In this document: in pieces, positions 1 to 10,403 of the stretch
Layout of the letters: each line of letters begins with the position of its first letter
How positions within the stretch are numbered: position 1 is the stretch's first letter
Assembly (NCBI GenBank): GCA_964397195.1
Contig: CAYNGY010000002.1
Coordinates: 116,012-180,011, forward strand
Direction: 5' to 3'
Source of the DNA: an uncultured Gammaproteobacteria bacterium
Lineage (GTDB): Bacteria > Patescibacteriota > Patescibacteriia > SBBC01 > CAIJZX01
DNA length: 64,000 nucleotides
The notes under the pieces: generated by a model
Database searches by the model: none
The model's input: the letters and a program-made list of their open reading frames with translations, nothing else
What the model was told of the DNA's origin: nothing
Program-made: the position numbers and the translations under genes

Positions 1-51
1 GAGGGCCGCACAGACGGCCATCAGGACGGCAGAAGCCAAAGCGTGCCGCAT
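1..51 (-). CDS. 5' end of a gene running off the window (MRHALASAVLMAVCAAL..., signal-peptide-like)
   Basis: ATG at 51 (minus) with GGAGG at 64-60; hydrophobic N-terminus; only 17 codons visible. Confidence 0.5.
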   Translation of the reverse strand, partial: MRHALASAVLMAVCAAL

Positions 52-228
52 GTCGCGATCCTCCGTGCTGGGAAGGGTATTTGACGTCAGTGAACGAGCG
101 TTCAGATCAGCAGAAACAGCCTGAGCTGGACGGCCGACCTTATCAAAAAAACAGGACTTTGTCAACCCTGTTTTATTGGGGGACTTGACAGAAATCAACA
201 AACATGGTACGGTAGCACGTCAATTTCT

Positions 229-1440
229 ATGCGCATTCTTCTCGTCAACAAATTCTATTTTCCCCAAGGTGGGGCGGATAAACACGTCATAGAACTCGAG
301 CGCCTCCTGACAGCCGCTGGCCATGAGGTGGCGATTTTTGCGATGACGCATCCGAAAAACATTCCGACGCCGTGGGCGAAATATTTTGTGTCGTTTATTG
401 ATTTTAGCCGCGTGCGATTTAATTGGCAGGGGATGCGCGTTGTTGGTCGGACCCTTCATTCATTTGAAGCGGCGCGACAGATGAAAAAGATGCTCCGCGA
501 TTTTAAGCCCGACGTCGTCCACCTCCATAATATTTACCATCAAATCTCGCCGTCGATTTTACCGATCATCGCTCGGGCCGGAATCCCGATGGTGCAAACG
601 CTTCACGACTATTCATTAATCAGCGCGAACTACACCTTGGCCGGACACGGCGGGATTTGTGAACACGGCAAAGGCGGGCGATACTGGGAATACATTTTGC
701 ATCGTTGCATCCGACATTCCCTAGCGGCATCGTTGCTCGGAGCGATTGATCAATGGTGGCACGATCGAACGCGCGTGTATGAGCGATACGTGGCCGCGTT
801 TATCAGCCCGAGTCAATTTTTAAAAACAGTAGTCACGTCATGGAAGCCGAATATTCGACGAGTTGATGTGATTCCTAACTTTACGTCGGAGATACCACGT
901 CGCGTCTGGCCAAAAGACGGATCGATTATCTACGTTGGGCGACTCTCGGGCGAGAAAGGCGTGGCGACCTTGATTCGAGCGGCTAAAGATATCCCGGCGC
1001 CGGTGCATATTATTGGTACTGGTCCGGATGAATCACGGTTGCGGGCCTTGGCGGCCGAAGTGGGCGCTTCAAATATTGTGTGGCACGGCTTCCTGACCGG
1101 CGCACCGCTAGCGGAGTACCTGTCGAAAGCGTCGGCGATGGTAGTTCCATCAACGTGGTATGAAAATAATCCGCTGGTTATTTTGGAATCATTTGCCTAT
1201 GGCACGCCAGTCGTTGGCGCGCGGATTGGCGGTATTCCTGAACTCGTCCGCGACGGGGAAACCGGACGGCTCTTTACGCCGGGAGATGTTGGTGGTTTCG
1301 TACAGGCGGTGCAGGCGGTTCGACGCGACGTCCAAGACAGCGATCGACTGTCGACGGCCTGTATGCAAGTAGCCCAGGCATATACCCCCCAGGAGTATCT
1401 TGAAAAACTTATGAAATTGTATGCGTCGGTTTTGGCGTAA
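229..1440 (+). CDS. glycosyltransferase family 4 (GT-B)
   Basis: MRILLVNKFYFPQGGA start; YVGRLSGEKG; PSTWYENNPLVILE (ExxxxxxxE) motif. Confidence 0.92.
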   Translation: MRILLVNKFYFPQGGADKHVIELERLLTAAGHEVAIFAMTHPKNIPTPWAKYFVSFIDFSRVRFNWQGMRVVGRTLHSFEAARQMKKMLRDFKPDVVHLHNIYHQISPSILPIIARAGIPMVQTLHDYSLISANYTLAGHGGICEHGKGGRYWEYILHRCIRHSLAASLLGAIDQWWHDRTRVYERYVAAFISPSQFLKTVVTSWKPNIRRVDVIPNFTSEIPRRVWPKDGSIIYVGRLSGEKGVATLIRAAKDIPAPVHIIGTGPDESRLRALAAEVGASNIVWHGFLTGAPLAEYLSKASAMVVPSTWYENNPLVILESFAYGTPVVGARIGGIPELVRDGETGRLFTPGDVGGFVQAVQAVRRDVQDSDRLSTACMQVAQAYTPQEYLEKLMKLYASVLA

Positions 1441-3442
1441 CTCCATCTTGATTGCGGTTTTCACACTCGTTCCGTTCGGGACGAGGGTTTCGGCGCGTGA
1501 GCTGACGCCGACGTATCCACGCATCGCCAATTACTTTTTAACGCGGACCATTTCACCAGCCCAAGCCGCGGAATTAGCTCGTTGGGATGTCGTTATTCTC
1601 GGACTTGATAACCAATATACCAATCCGGCGGTTTTTTCGATCATGCGTCAGAAAAATCCCGACATTATTATTTTAGCGTACGTGTTGTCGGAAGAATTCC
1701 CGTCCGGCTACGATGGCCTGAGTGATCCAAATTATCCGCTGGTCAAACTCCGGAGCGGCATTGCCGACTCGTGGTGGTTACGTGATGCGAGCGGGGCGAA
1801 GACTGGTTTCTGGGCCGGGGCGAACATGTTGAATGTCACGAACCAAGTGTCGATGGTGAACGGGTATCGTTGGAATACTTACTTGGCGCATTTTGTGAAA
1901 GACTCTGTCCTCTCGACTGGGCTGTGGGATGGCGTCTTTTACGACAATGTCTTTAATGATGTGTCGTGGGTCAACGGCGGCAATATTGATACAAATAATG
2001 ACCATGTGGCCGACCTTGGGTCTTCGGCTGATGCTGCCTGGCGCGACGGCATGTCGACCTTACTGCGCACGACACGACAACTCGTCGGATCGGATGCCAT
2101 TATTATTGGGAATGGCGGCGGTCAGTACTACCCAGACATGAACGGTCGGCTGATCGAGCAATTCCCATCGTCGCTTGATGGCGGCTGGACCGGGGCGATG
2201 GCGAAGTACGCAGACGTTTTACGGCGCGGTTTATCGCCGTCGATTGTGGTGGTCAATCGCATGACCGCTAATGGGTTGCCCACCGACTATCAAGGGATGC
2301 GGTACGGATTAACGAGTACGCTACTGGAAAATGGGTTCTTCAGCTTTGACGAAGGTGCGGTTCGGCATGCAGCCCTCTGGCAATTCGATGAGTTTACCGC
2401 CTATCTCGGTTCACCAATCGGGAACGCGCGACGAATTTGGCCGACAGCAGCCGCGTCATATGAGACCGGCGTTTGGCGACGTGATTTTGCGAATGGGATC
2501 GTGTTAGTGAATTCAACCGATGCACCGCGCACCGTTACGCTCGGCGATGGATATGAAGAATTGCGGGGAACACCGTCCGATGTGAATGGTGGACGAATAG
2601 TAACGAGTGTGACCCTCGCTGGCCATGATGGACGAATTCTGCGCAAGCGTCAGGTTGTTCTCGATACCGGCACGTATGAAAATGGATCACTGATCAGTGT
2701 CTTCAAGGGTGATGGCACGGCGACACGGAGCGGATTCTTTAGTTATGATCCGACTCAGCCAGCCGGCGCGGCCCTGATTAAACAAGATGTGAACCATGAC
2801 GGCGAGACGGATGTCATCCGCGCTGATGCGGGGGCGATTACCGTTCGCAATGCGCATAACCAAGTACTCGGTTCATTCCGTCCGTTTGGCGCGTATCGAG
2901 GCGCATTGTCGATTGCCGTGGGTGATGTGAATGGTGATCGGATCGACGATATCGTCGTGTCGCCGCTGAGCGGAAAAAACCAGAAGATTTCTTTCTTTAC
3001 CTATACTGGGCGACGACTCTGGGCATCATGGCGGCCGTTTAAACGCGATTACACCGGCGGGCCGTCGGTGACGCTGGCAGACATGAATGGCGACGGTCGA
3101 TTGGAAGTACTGGCGGCGGCCGGTCGCGGCGCCGATCCGCGTGTCTCGGTCTTCACGCTCCGCGGTCGACAGGTGGCGAGTTTCTTAGCCTACGCTCGTT
3201 CCTTTAAGGGCGGTGTGCATCTGGCGGCCGGAGATCTGACCGCGGACGGAGTACCGGAAATTGTAACGGTTCCGGCGCGGAGCGGCGGCCCGCATGTTCG
3301 TATTTTCTCCAATCGCTATCAACCGGTCGGAAGCTTCTTCGCCCTCGCTAAGTCCTACCGCGGCGGATTACAAGTTGCTATTACCGATGTTGACCATACC
3401 GGCGATAACCGGATCGTTATTTCGACCCCATATGTCTATTAA
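1421..3442 (+). CDS. secreted putative glycoside hydrolase (GH15-like/TIM barrel) with C-terminal FG-GAP/VCBS repeats
   Basis: signal peptide; WDGVFYDN and VWRRDFANGIVLVN motifs; repeated GDVNGD/ADMNGDG/GDLTADG Ca-binding repeats. Confidence 0.75.
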   Translation: MRRFWRNSILIAVFTLVPFGTRVSARELTPTYPRIANYFLTRTISPAQAAELARWDVVILGLDNQYTNPAVFSIMRQKNPDIIILAYVLSEEFPSGYDGLSDPNYPLVKLRSGIADSWWLRDASGAKTGFWAGANMLNVTNQVSMVNGYRWNTYLAHFVKDSVLSTGLWDGVFYDNVFNDVSWVNGGNIDTNNDHVADLGSSADAAWRDGMSTLLRTTRQLVGSDAIIIGNGGGQYYPDMNGRLIEQFPSSLDGGWTGAMAKYADVLRRGLSPSIVVVNRMTANGLPTDYQGMRYGLTSTLLENGFFSFDEGAVRHAALWQFDEFTAYLGSPIGNARRIWPTAAASYETGVWRRDFANGIVLVNSTDAPRTVTLGDGYEELRGTPSDVNGGRIVTSVTLAGHDGRILRKRQVVLDTGTYENGSLISVFKGDGTATRSGFFSYDPTQPAGAALIKQDVNHDGETDVIRADAGAITVRNAHNQVLGSFRPFGAYRGALSIAVGDVNGDRIDDIVVSPLSGKNQKISFFTYTGRRLWASWRPFKRDYTGGPSVTLADMNGDGRLEVLAAAGRGADPRVSVFTLRGRQVASFLAYARSFKGGVHLAAGDLTADGVPEIVTVPARSGGPHVRIFSNRYQPVGSFFALAKSYRGGLQVAITDVDHTGDNRIVISTPYVY

Positions 3443-4811
3443 CCCAACAACTCCAGCCGAACCACAACGCCCGTTGCATCATCGCCTGTTGGCAATTGTG
3501 GCGCCGCTGCTGGCTCACGCACATCATCGTCGGTACCACGGTCGCCCGCACCATCTGGTGATTGATACATTTTTGAATGTGGCGATGTGGGGGCTTGTGG
3601 CCTGGATTATTGTCCTAGCGGTCGTGAAGGTTGCCACAACCACACCTCAAGTCATGTGGGATGTCTCGACGGTGACGAGTGGCCAGGCCGTGACCGCCAC
3701 GCTGACAGTGACGGCGCCTAGCACCGGACGCATTGGTGATGTTCAAGCCGACGTGATTGTGCCGACCGGATGGTTGGTGGATGAAGCCACAGCGCAGAGT
3801 CTGGGGGCCATGGAACGACGAGCGGTGCGAACGATAACTTTTCACCTCGTCCCAGTTGCTGCACCAAGCGCAGCAGTCAATCTGGTGACCCACCTGGCGT
3901 GGACCGTCGCCGGGGCGTCTTTAGAGACCGAACATGTTCAACATATCTCTGTGCAGGGGACGAGTGGTGCGTTGACGTTGACTGCGCCGGCTTCGGTCCG
4001 ATCCGGTCAGATGATTCCGTTGACGTTGACTGCGCCGACGAGTCTGGCCGACCTTCGGTTGATGAAGGTCGTGTCGGTGACCCTGCCAAAGCATGTGACA
4101 CGCGTCAGTACAGAGCCGTCGATTGACGGGACAACGTGGACCATCGAGTCAAACACGGTTGAGGCTAAGACGTTGATCATGCGAGTGACGACATCGTTAC
4201 CGGCCGGAACCCGACTTCGTTTTTCGGCCACCTTAGCTTGGGGTGTCGGTGAGGCCCGGTTGGTGCAAGTCACCCGGACGACTGATGTCCTGATTACGGC
4301 TACGAGCGGTGAAGAGGTGGTGAATGGTCCGAGTACGACGGCGGTCACCTTCGCGGCGGAACTTCGCTATACCGGCGCCTCGGGCGTGCAGTTTGGTTAT
4401 GGACCATTGCCGCCGATCGTCGGTCAGGAAACGGTGTACCGGGCGTTCCTCTACGTTCGTCCAGGGTCGGCCGATGGCCACGGAGCGACCGTGACCATGT
4501 CATTACCGGCCGGGACGCGTTGGATTGGCCATTCGAGTTTAACCGGTGGTTCGCGGGTGGTCTGGAACTCTTCGGCCCGGACAATCACCTGGCAGATTGG
4601 TGAGTTAGCGGCGAATGTTGCGCCGCTGATGGCGAGTTTTGACCTCGGGTTGACCCCAAAAACGACCCAACGTGGGAGCGTCGTGACCATGACCGGGCCG
4701 GCCAAGCTGACATATCAATCTGATCGCGACGGCCTACAATCGAGCACCGCAGCTGCGCTGACGACCGCCAGCGTTGATGGCGGAAAACCAAGTTTGGCTA
4801 CAATTCGCTAA
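3432..4811 (+). CDS. membrane-anchored Ig-like/DUF11-like beta-sandwich protein
   Basis: ATG at 3432 overlaps the previous gene end; one TM helix; Thr/Val-rich beta domains; GPLPPIVGQETVY and ITWQIGEL motifs. Confidence 0.6.
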   Translation: MSINPTTPAEPQRPLHHRLLAIVAPLLAHAHHRRYHGRPHHLVIDTFLNVAMWGLVAWIIVLAVVKVATTTPQVMWDVSTVTSGQAVTATLTVTAPSTGRIGDVQADVIVPTGWLVDEATAQSLGAMERRAVRTITFHLVPVAAPSAAVNLVTHLAWTVAGASLETEHVQHISVQGTSGALTLTAPASVRSGQMIPLTLTAPTSLADLRLMKVVSVTLPKHVTRVSTEPSIDGTTWTIESNTVEAKTLIMRVTTSLPAGTRLRFSATLAWGVGEARLVQVTRTTDVLITATSGEEVVNGPSTTAVTFAAELRYTGASGVQFGYGPLPPIVGQETVYRAFLYVRPGSADGHGATVTMSLPAGTRWIGHSSLTGGSRVVWNSSARTITWQIGELAANVAPLMASFDLGLTPKTTQRGSVVTMTGPAKLTYQSDRDGLQSSTAAALTTASVDGGKPSLATIR

Positions 4812-4892
4812 AAAAGCGGTTTTTCCAGCGAAAATTCAGCTAGGCTTGACAAAATAGAGGGTTTGGTGTAAGGTCTCGGGTCAATTTTGTTT

Positions 4893-6101
4893 ATGTCTCC
4901 ATCGCTCACTATCGCCATGATCGGCCAAAAGGGCATGCCCGCTATTCACGGCGGGATCGAACGTCATGTTGAAGAACTGTCGGTTCGTTTAGCGTCCATG
5001 GGGCATACGGTGACCGTGTACACTCGGCCGTATTTTACGCCGACCGGCATGAAATCGTATCGCGGCGTCCGCCTTATTTCGTTACCGTCGATCCGTTCAA
5101 AGCATCTCGACGCCATCAGCCACACGTTTGCGGCGACGATTCACGCCGTGCGGTCTGGAGCGGATATCATTCACTACCACGGTGTCGGCCCGTCGATTTT
5201 ATCGTTCCTGCCAAAACTCCTTCGATCGAAAGCAAAAGTTGTTTCAACGTTTCATTGTATTGATCGGAAGCATCAGAAGTGGGGATTTATCGCCCGACAG
5301 TTTCTTCGTCATGGCGAATGGTCGTCGGTGACTCATCCGGATGAAACGATTGTGGTTTCAAAAACCCTGAAGAAGTACGTCAAACATATGTTCGGCAAGC
5401 AGGCGACGTATATTCCGAATGGTGTTGAGATTCCGCGAACATCCGCGCGGCGACGCTCACCAACGCTCCGCCGGTTCAATCTAACGCCGGGTGAATATAT
5501 TATTTCGGTCTCGCGCTTGATTCCGCACAAAGGCATCCATCATCTCATTTCTGCCTTTCGTCAGGTCTCAACGAACCACCGACTGGTGATTGTCGGCGAC
5601 GGATTTTATACGGATGAGTACGTTCAGTACCTCCACGAGCTCGCCGGCGATGATGCGCGCATTGTTTTCACCGGTTTTCAGAGTGGTCAGGATCTTCGTG
5701 ACTTGTTCTCGCACGCGGCGCTGTACGTTCTCCCATCACAAGCGGAAGGATTACCGATCGCTCTACTCGAAGCGGCCAGCTTCGGAGTCGGGATTGTGGC
5801 CAGTGATATTCCGGAAAATCGGGAAGTGATTCATGCGGATCGTTCACCAATCGGTCTGACGTTCGTGACCGGTGACATTGACGACCTGCGGCGTGTCCTG
5901 ACGGATGCCCTGCGGCGCCCAGCGGCCATGCGGAACATGGCCCAGCGGGCCAAAAAAGTCGTTGCCGAGCATTACCAATGGCGTGATGTGGCGACGCAGA
6001 TGGTAGCGGTCTACACTAGGCTCTGTAATCGTCCGACATCCGTTCGGGTGGCGTCGGCTGGTTCGATGCGGTCCCGTTCGGTTGCGGTGAACGCGGCGTA
6101 A
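4893..6101 (+). CDS. glycosyltransferase family 4
   Basis: IAMIGQKGMPAIHGGIERHVEEL; LPSQAEGLPIALLEA; SDIPENRE. Confidence 0.92.
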   Translation: MSPSLTIAMIGQKGMPAIHGGIERHVEELSVRLASMGHTVTVYTRPYFTPTGMKSYRGVRLISLPSIRSKHLDAISHTFAATIHAVRSGADIIHYHGVGPSILSFLPKLLRSKAKVVSTFHCIDRKHQKWGFIARQFLRHGEWSSVTHPDETIVVSKTLKKYVKHMFGKQATYIPNGVEIPRTSARRRSPTLRRFNLTPGEYIISVSRLIPHKGIHHLISAFRQVSTNHRLVIVGDGFYTDEYVQYLHELAGDDARIVFTGFQSGQDLRDLFSHAALYVLPSQAEGLPIALLEAASFGVGIVASDIPENREVIHADRSPIGLTFVTGDIDDLRRVLTDALRRPAAMRNMAQRAKKVVAEHYQWRDVATQMVAVYTRLCNRPTSVRVASAGSMRSRSVAVNAA

Positions 6102-6126
6102 GGTCGACGTGCTATACTGTATCGGT

Positions 6127-7353
6127 ATGCGGTATCTTTTTGGTTTCCTCGGTCTGGTCGTGGCGATTGGATGTGCGGCTCCGACCGCATGGGCGCTGAC
6201 GCCGACGCAGCGCTATCTTGGATATATGGTTATTTCGGCCGATACGCCGGAAGCGGTGTGGTACGTTGACCCGCGGCGGAAAGAACGAGTTCCGGCCACA
6301 ACACTGACCGACATCCGTACTATTTTGCGGACGCGAGCGGCCAAAGTGAAAGTAGCCGATTTAAAGCGTCTCCCGTTAGTTGGGACCCTGACGGTCGGAG
6401 ATCTGAATTATCGTCGTCAATTAGCGGGTCGATATATTGTTGTGACGGATCGGAAGAATGAAGCGTGGTACATTACGCCCCGCACCAAGCGTCGTATTCG
6501 CATCGGGAACGGGCAGGTGGCGGTTACCTTTGCGCGAAGTCAGGCCCTGACCATTTCGGCCGCGGACCTAGCGGAGATTCCGGCGCCGCCAAATATTCGT
6601 TTGGTAACCGGATCGGTGAAATCAAGTCGTGGTTCGTTTACGACTGAGCGACTCGAGTTTGCCTGGAATGATCCGGGGATACGCATCATGACCGACACGG
6701 CGAATACGAGTGATTGCAAAGGAAATTGCCCGGTCATTTCGCTCGGGTCGTATATCAGTCGTCGGGCAGCAGTGGCGGGGATCCATGGCACCTATTTCTG
6801 TCCGCAAGATTATGGAGCCTGTGCGACAAAACGAAACTCGTACGATTTTCCGGTCTGGAACAGTTTTACTAAATCGTGGCGAAATGAAGGGCGGATAAAA
6901 TATACGTCCCAGCCGATTGTGGCCTTTGATACTTCGAACCGGCCGTTCTTGTATGCTGAATCACGGCAGTTTAAGAGTCAGGCTGGGTTTGCGGCGACGT
7001 TTGCTGATGATTCAATTGCTGCTGGTGGCACGGGTGTTTTACAGGCGGCGTTCAGTAACGGGCCGATGCTCATTCGGAACGGCGTCTATGTTCTCAAGGG
7101 GAACCAGCTTGATACCAAACAGGCGACCGTGAAAAGTGCTCGTGGGGTACTTGGTTGGAAAGGAACGACGATGGTGTTCTTTGTGGTCCATGGGGCCACC
7201 GTCACGGATGCGGCCTCAGTTGCCCAAGCGCTTGGTTTAGAAAACGCCGTCAATCTTGATGGCGGTGGCTCGACAGCGATGTACACGGCCGGACGATACA
7301 TTCTTGGTCCGGGTCGGAATCTTCCGAACGCCATTTTGATTACTCGTCGGTAG
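6127..7353 (+). CDS. secreted phosphodiester glycosidase (NAGPA) family protein
   Basis: signal peptide; AVNLDGGGST signature near the C-terminus; TGcTATACT extended -10 at 6110-6118. Confidence 0.8.
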   Translation: MRYLFGFLGLVVAIGCAAPTAWALTPTQRYLGYMVISADTPEAVWYVDPRRKERVPATTLTDIRTILRTRAAKVKVADLKRLPLVGTLTVGDLNYRRQLAGRYIVVTDRKNEAWYITPRTKRRIRIGNGQVAVTFARSQALTISAADLAEIPAPPNIRLVTGSVKSSRGSFTTERLEFAWNDPGIRIMTDTANTSDCKGNCPVISLGSYISRRAAVAGIHGTYFCPQDYGACATKRNSYDFPVWNSFTKSWRNEGRIKYTSQPIVAFDTSNRPFLYAESRQFKSQAGFAATFADDSIAAGGTGVLQAAFSNGPMLIRNGVYVLKGNQLDTKQATVKSARGVLGWKGTTMVFFVVHGATVTDAASVAQALGLENAVNLDGGGSTAMYTAGRYILGPGRNLPNAILITRR

Positions 7354-7356
7354 GCT

Positions 7357-8163
7357 ATGTCGGTTTTTCTCCAGACTCTCAAGCGAGCGGCGCTCGTCTT
7401 CTTGCTGATGGTTATTTTGGGTGGGATTGGTTATGTCGGACTTCGGGCCTGGCGTGGTCATCAGTCTGATCAGCCGAAAAATTTGCCGCCGGAAAAGAAC
7501 GTAGCGGTCGAAAATCGGAATACGACTCCGCGAAATACAAACGTGGCGGTGACGACCAACACGTCGTTGAACACGAATGCGGTTGTGGCCCCGGCGGAAC
7601 TCAATCTTGCCGCACCGTTTACCACTCAAGCGCCTGATGCCAACTGGGACGCTGAACACGAAGAATTTTGTGAGGAAGCGTCGGTACTGATGGCCGCTCG
7701 CGCGCTGCAAGGCCGAGCGATAAAAGATAGTGCTGACGCCGAGGCGGCGCTGCAAACGTTACAGCAATGGGAGATCGATACCTTCGGTTACTTTGAAAGT
7801 ACCACCGCGGTTGAAATCGCTCAGTTGGTGACAGATTTTTATGGTCTGTCGGCTGAGCTCGTGGTCGATCCGACGGTCAGCCAATTAAAATCTATTTTGG
7901 CCAGCGGTAAGTTTATCGTCGTGCCGGCCGCTGGTCGTGAGCTCCACAACCCAAACTTTAAGCAGCCCGGGCCGTTGTATCACGCGTTACTCCTGAAGGG
8001 CTATACGGCTACTACCTTTATTACGAATGACCCGGGGACACGAAAAGGGCAGAATTATACATACCCGACGGATGTCCTGATGCAATCAATTCATGACTGG
8101 AACGGCGGAGATGTTATGAATGGTCGTCGGGTCGTCATCGTGGTGTCCGCTGCTCGCGAGTGA
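7357..8163 (+). CDS. membrane-anchored C39-like cysteine peptidase
   Basis: TM helix, NTN linker, PFTTQAP...CEEAS (Cys), YHALLLKGY (His), TNDPGT. Confidence 0.8.
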   Translation: MSVFLQTLKRAALVFLLMVILGGIGYVGLRAWRGHQSDQPKNLPPEKNVAVENRNTTPRNTNVAVTTNTSLNTNAVVAPAELNLAAPFTTQAPDANWDAEHEEFCEEASVLMAARALQGRAIKDSADAEAALQTLQQWEIDTFGYFESTTAVEIAQLVTDFYGLSAELVVDPTVSQLKSILASGKFIVVPAAGRELHNPNFKQPGPLYHALLLKGYTATTFITNDPGTRKGQNYTYPTDVLMQSIHDWNGGDVMNGRRVVIVVSAARE

Positions 8164-8176
8164 TATACTCTTTTAT

Positions 8177-10204
8177 ATGATGAGTATTATCGCCTTTCTT
8201 GGGGTAGCTCTGGCGAGCGGCCTGTTTTGGCGTCGCCCGGCCTGGCGTCGACAATTGCTGGCCGGTGGAGCGTTGTATCTGCCGCTTTTTGCGCTGAGTG
8301 TCGCGATGGCCGGCGGTTTTTGGAAGTTTGGCGTCTCGACTGGGGATGCCGTCGTGACGGTGATCGGTATTTTTTTCGCCGGCGTATCACTAAGCGCCTT
8401 GATGGCGGTTGGGTATGAGCGAACCGTGAATCGCTGGTTAACACCGAACCTGCACGTGTCGCGTCGGCAGTTATGGTGGCTCGGCTTGGGACCGATCGTC
8501 GCGCTGGGGATGGTGCTGGGCGGGCTGGCCTTTATTCCGGCGGCGATGGTTGGTTTGTTTGTGAATGCTGTCGTCTTGGTTTGGGTCGGACGGTTTCATC
8601 TGCTCTGGGATGCGGTCATCAGCGCGGTTGGTGTCAGCGCGTGGTATGGACTGCTCTGGTTTATATTGGCGCCCGAAGCCTCGGGCGATGTCGGGCGTTT
8701 TGCGCTCGGTGGTGATGCGCTTGGCGTAACCCTGTGGTCGCGACCGATTGAGTTTGGTGTGGCTGCCATGTTATCGGGTGCCTTGGTTGGTCCGCTTTTT
8801 TCGGCGGCGAAGCCGTGGCGCTGGTGGCAGAAGCGTCCGACGAAATCGGCGACGACCGCGAAAATCGCGATCGGCACAACCGCAATTGTGATGCTAGCAC
8901 TGTGGTTCGGCGCTGTGACGGAGCGATATGTACTAGCCCCGGTCGTGATAGATGTTCAACCCTCGACGGCGGCCACGGCGATTCAGACCACGATGAAAAT
9001 TCGTTTACAGTTTTCTCGACCGATTAATCGCGATTCGCTGACCATGACCATCGACCCTGATGTGGCCGGATCATGGCATTTTTCTATCCCGCAAGATCGT
9101 CTCCATGGCTACCATGCGGCGACGTACGTCTTTGATACGACGCTTGAGCCCGGGACGACCTATGTCGCGACTATTAGCGGGATTCAGTCCGTCTGGGGGA
9201 CGGCGACGAATAATGAGCGTATTACCTTTACGACACGCGCGACTCCCGAAGTAACAGAGGTCCAATACCCGGCAGGAGCATCAACGCTCGATCCATGTGC
9301 GGCGATCACGATTCCGTTTGCGTCGATCGACGACCCGTCAGCGCAGTACGATGCGAAGTTTGAACCGGCCATGCCGTACACCATTGAACGATCGGTTACG
9401 AACGAAGGCCTGATCATTCGTCCCCAAGGTTGTTTTACCGGCGCGGCGACGACGTTGACGATTTACCGCACGAGCGTCATTCGCGATAGTGTGACTGCTG
9501 AAATAATTGCTGAATCGGAGCGGATGGCTATCTACGAAACTCGAGTCTTGTTTACGATTCAACCGGTGACCGTGGCGCCGGTGCTGGGGGTCTCGACGGT
9601 CACGGCGGCCGCGTATACCGCTGTCGGGTCACGGACGATTTTACCGATCAAATTAGATTACCAAGATCAGGCGCTTTCATGCGAAGCGGCGGCGTTAAAG
9701 ATGGCGCTAGCCGGCGTGGGCGTTTTTGTCAGCGAGAAGCAGATTATGGCCAAGGTCGGCTATGATCCAACCCCGCACAAGGGGAGTGTCTGGGGCGATC
9801 CTGATCGCGGATTTGTTGGCAACATTGCCGGCCGACAGAACACGACCGGGTATGGGGTGCACTGGAAACCAATTGCCCGCGCGGCGTCGGCCTGGCGGAC
9901 CGCTCGAACTATTACGAACTTTTCCGCGGCCAAAGTGGCCGCGGAAATCAAAGCCGGCCACCCGGTGATTGTCTGGGGGTTGATGGGAAATGCTCGGCGG
10001 ACACCGTGGCAGACGGCTGATGGCAGAGTCGTCTCGGCTTGGAAGGGTGAGCACGCCCGGACGGTGATCGGGTTTTACGGCCCGGTTGAGGCACCGACGC
10101 ATTTTGTTCTCAATGATCCGATTGCCGGTCGCCTCGTCTGGACGAAGCAGGCGTTTCTGACAAACTCTTCAGCCTTCGGCCGGAGCGGCGTGGTCGTGGA
10201 GTGA
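8177..10204 (+). CDS. multi-TM domain + Ig-like (Big_5-type) domains + C39-like peptidase
   Basis: about 8 hydrophobic segments; QFSRPINRDS...LEPGTTY Ig motif; YQDQALSCEAAAL, EHARTVIGF, NDP peptidase motifs. Confidence 0.75.
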   Translation: MMSIIAFLGVALASGLFWRRPAWRRQLLAGGALYLPLFALSVAMAGGFWKFGVSTGDAVVTVIGIFFAGVSLSALMAVGYERTVNRWLTPNLHVSRRQLWWLGLGPIVALGMVLGGLAFIPAAMVGLFVNAVVLVWVGRFHLLWDAVISAVGVSAWYGLLWFILAPEASGDVGRFALGGDALGVTLWSRPIEFGVAAMLSGALVGPLFSAAKPWRWWQKRPTKSATTAKIAIGTTAIVMLALWFGAVTERYVLAPVVIDVQPSTAATAIQTTMKIRLQFSRPINRDSLTMTIDPDVAGSWHFSIPQDRLHGYHAATYVFDTTLEPGTTYVATISGIQSVWGTATNNERITFTTRATPEVTEVQYPAGASTLDPCAAITIPFASIDDPSAQYDAKFEPAMPYTIERSVTNEGLIIRPQGCFTGAATTLTIYRTSVIRDSVTAEIIAESERMAIYETRVLFTIQPVTVAPVLGVSTVTAAAYTAVGSRTILPIKLDYQDQALSCEAAALKMALAGVGVFVSEKQIMAKVGYDPTPHKGSVWGDPDRGFVGNIAGRQNTTGYGVHWKPIARAASAWRTARTITNFSAAKVAAEIKAGHPVIVWGLMGNARRTPWQTADGRVVSAWKGEHARTVIGFYGPVEAPTHFVLNDPIAGRLVWTKQAFLTNSSAFGRSGVVVE

Positions 10205-10222
10205 ATATGATATACTGAGGGC

Positions 10223-10342
10223 ATGACCACGGAGATTCAAACCCAATCGAAAAAGACGCTGACGACGTATCTGACGATTGCCATCGGACTGTCGGTCTTG
10301 GTGATCGGATTTTTCGTTTTTCTTTTTACCGGCGGGAAATAA
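10223..10342 (+). CDS. 39-aa single-TM small protein (MTTEIQTQSKKTLTTYLTIAIGLSVLVIGFFVFLFTGGK)
   Basis: below the ORF-track cutoff; TGaTATACT -10 box 6 nt upstream of ATG; clean hydrophobic helix. Confidence 0.65.
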   Translation: MTTEIQTQSKKTLTTYLTIAIGLSVLVIGFFVFLFTGGK

Positions 10343-10349
10343 TGATAAT

Positions 10350-10378
10350 AAAAAGACCGGGCTCAGTGTCGAGCCCGG
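10350..10378 (-). terminator. intrinsic terminator for the minus-strand genes
   Basis: CCGGGCTC-6-GAGCCCGG stem followed by a U-tract on the minus strand. Confidence 0.65.
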
Positions 10379-10403
10379 GCGTTCGAGTTTCCGCTTCGCT
10401 TCG

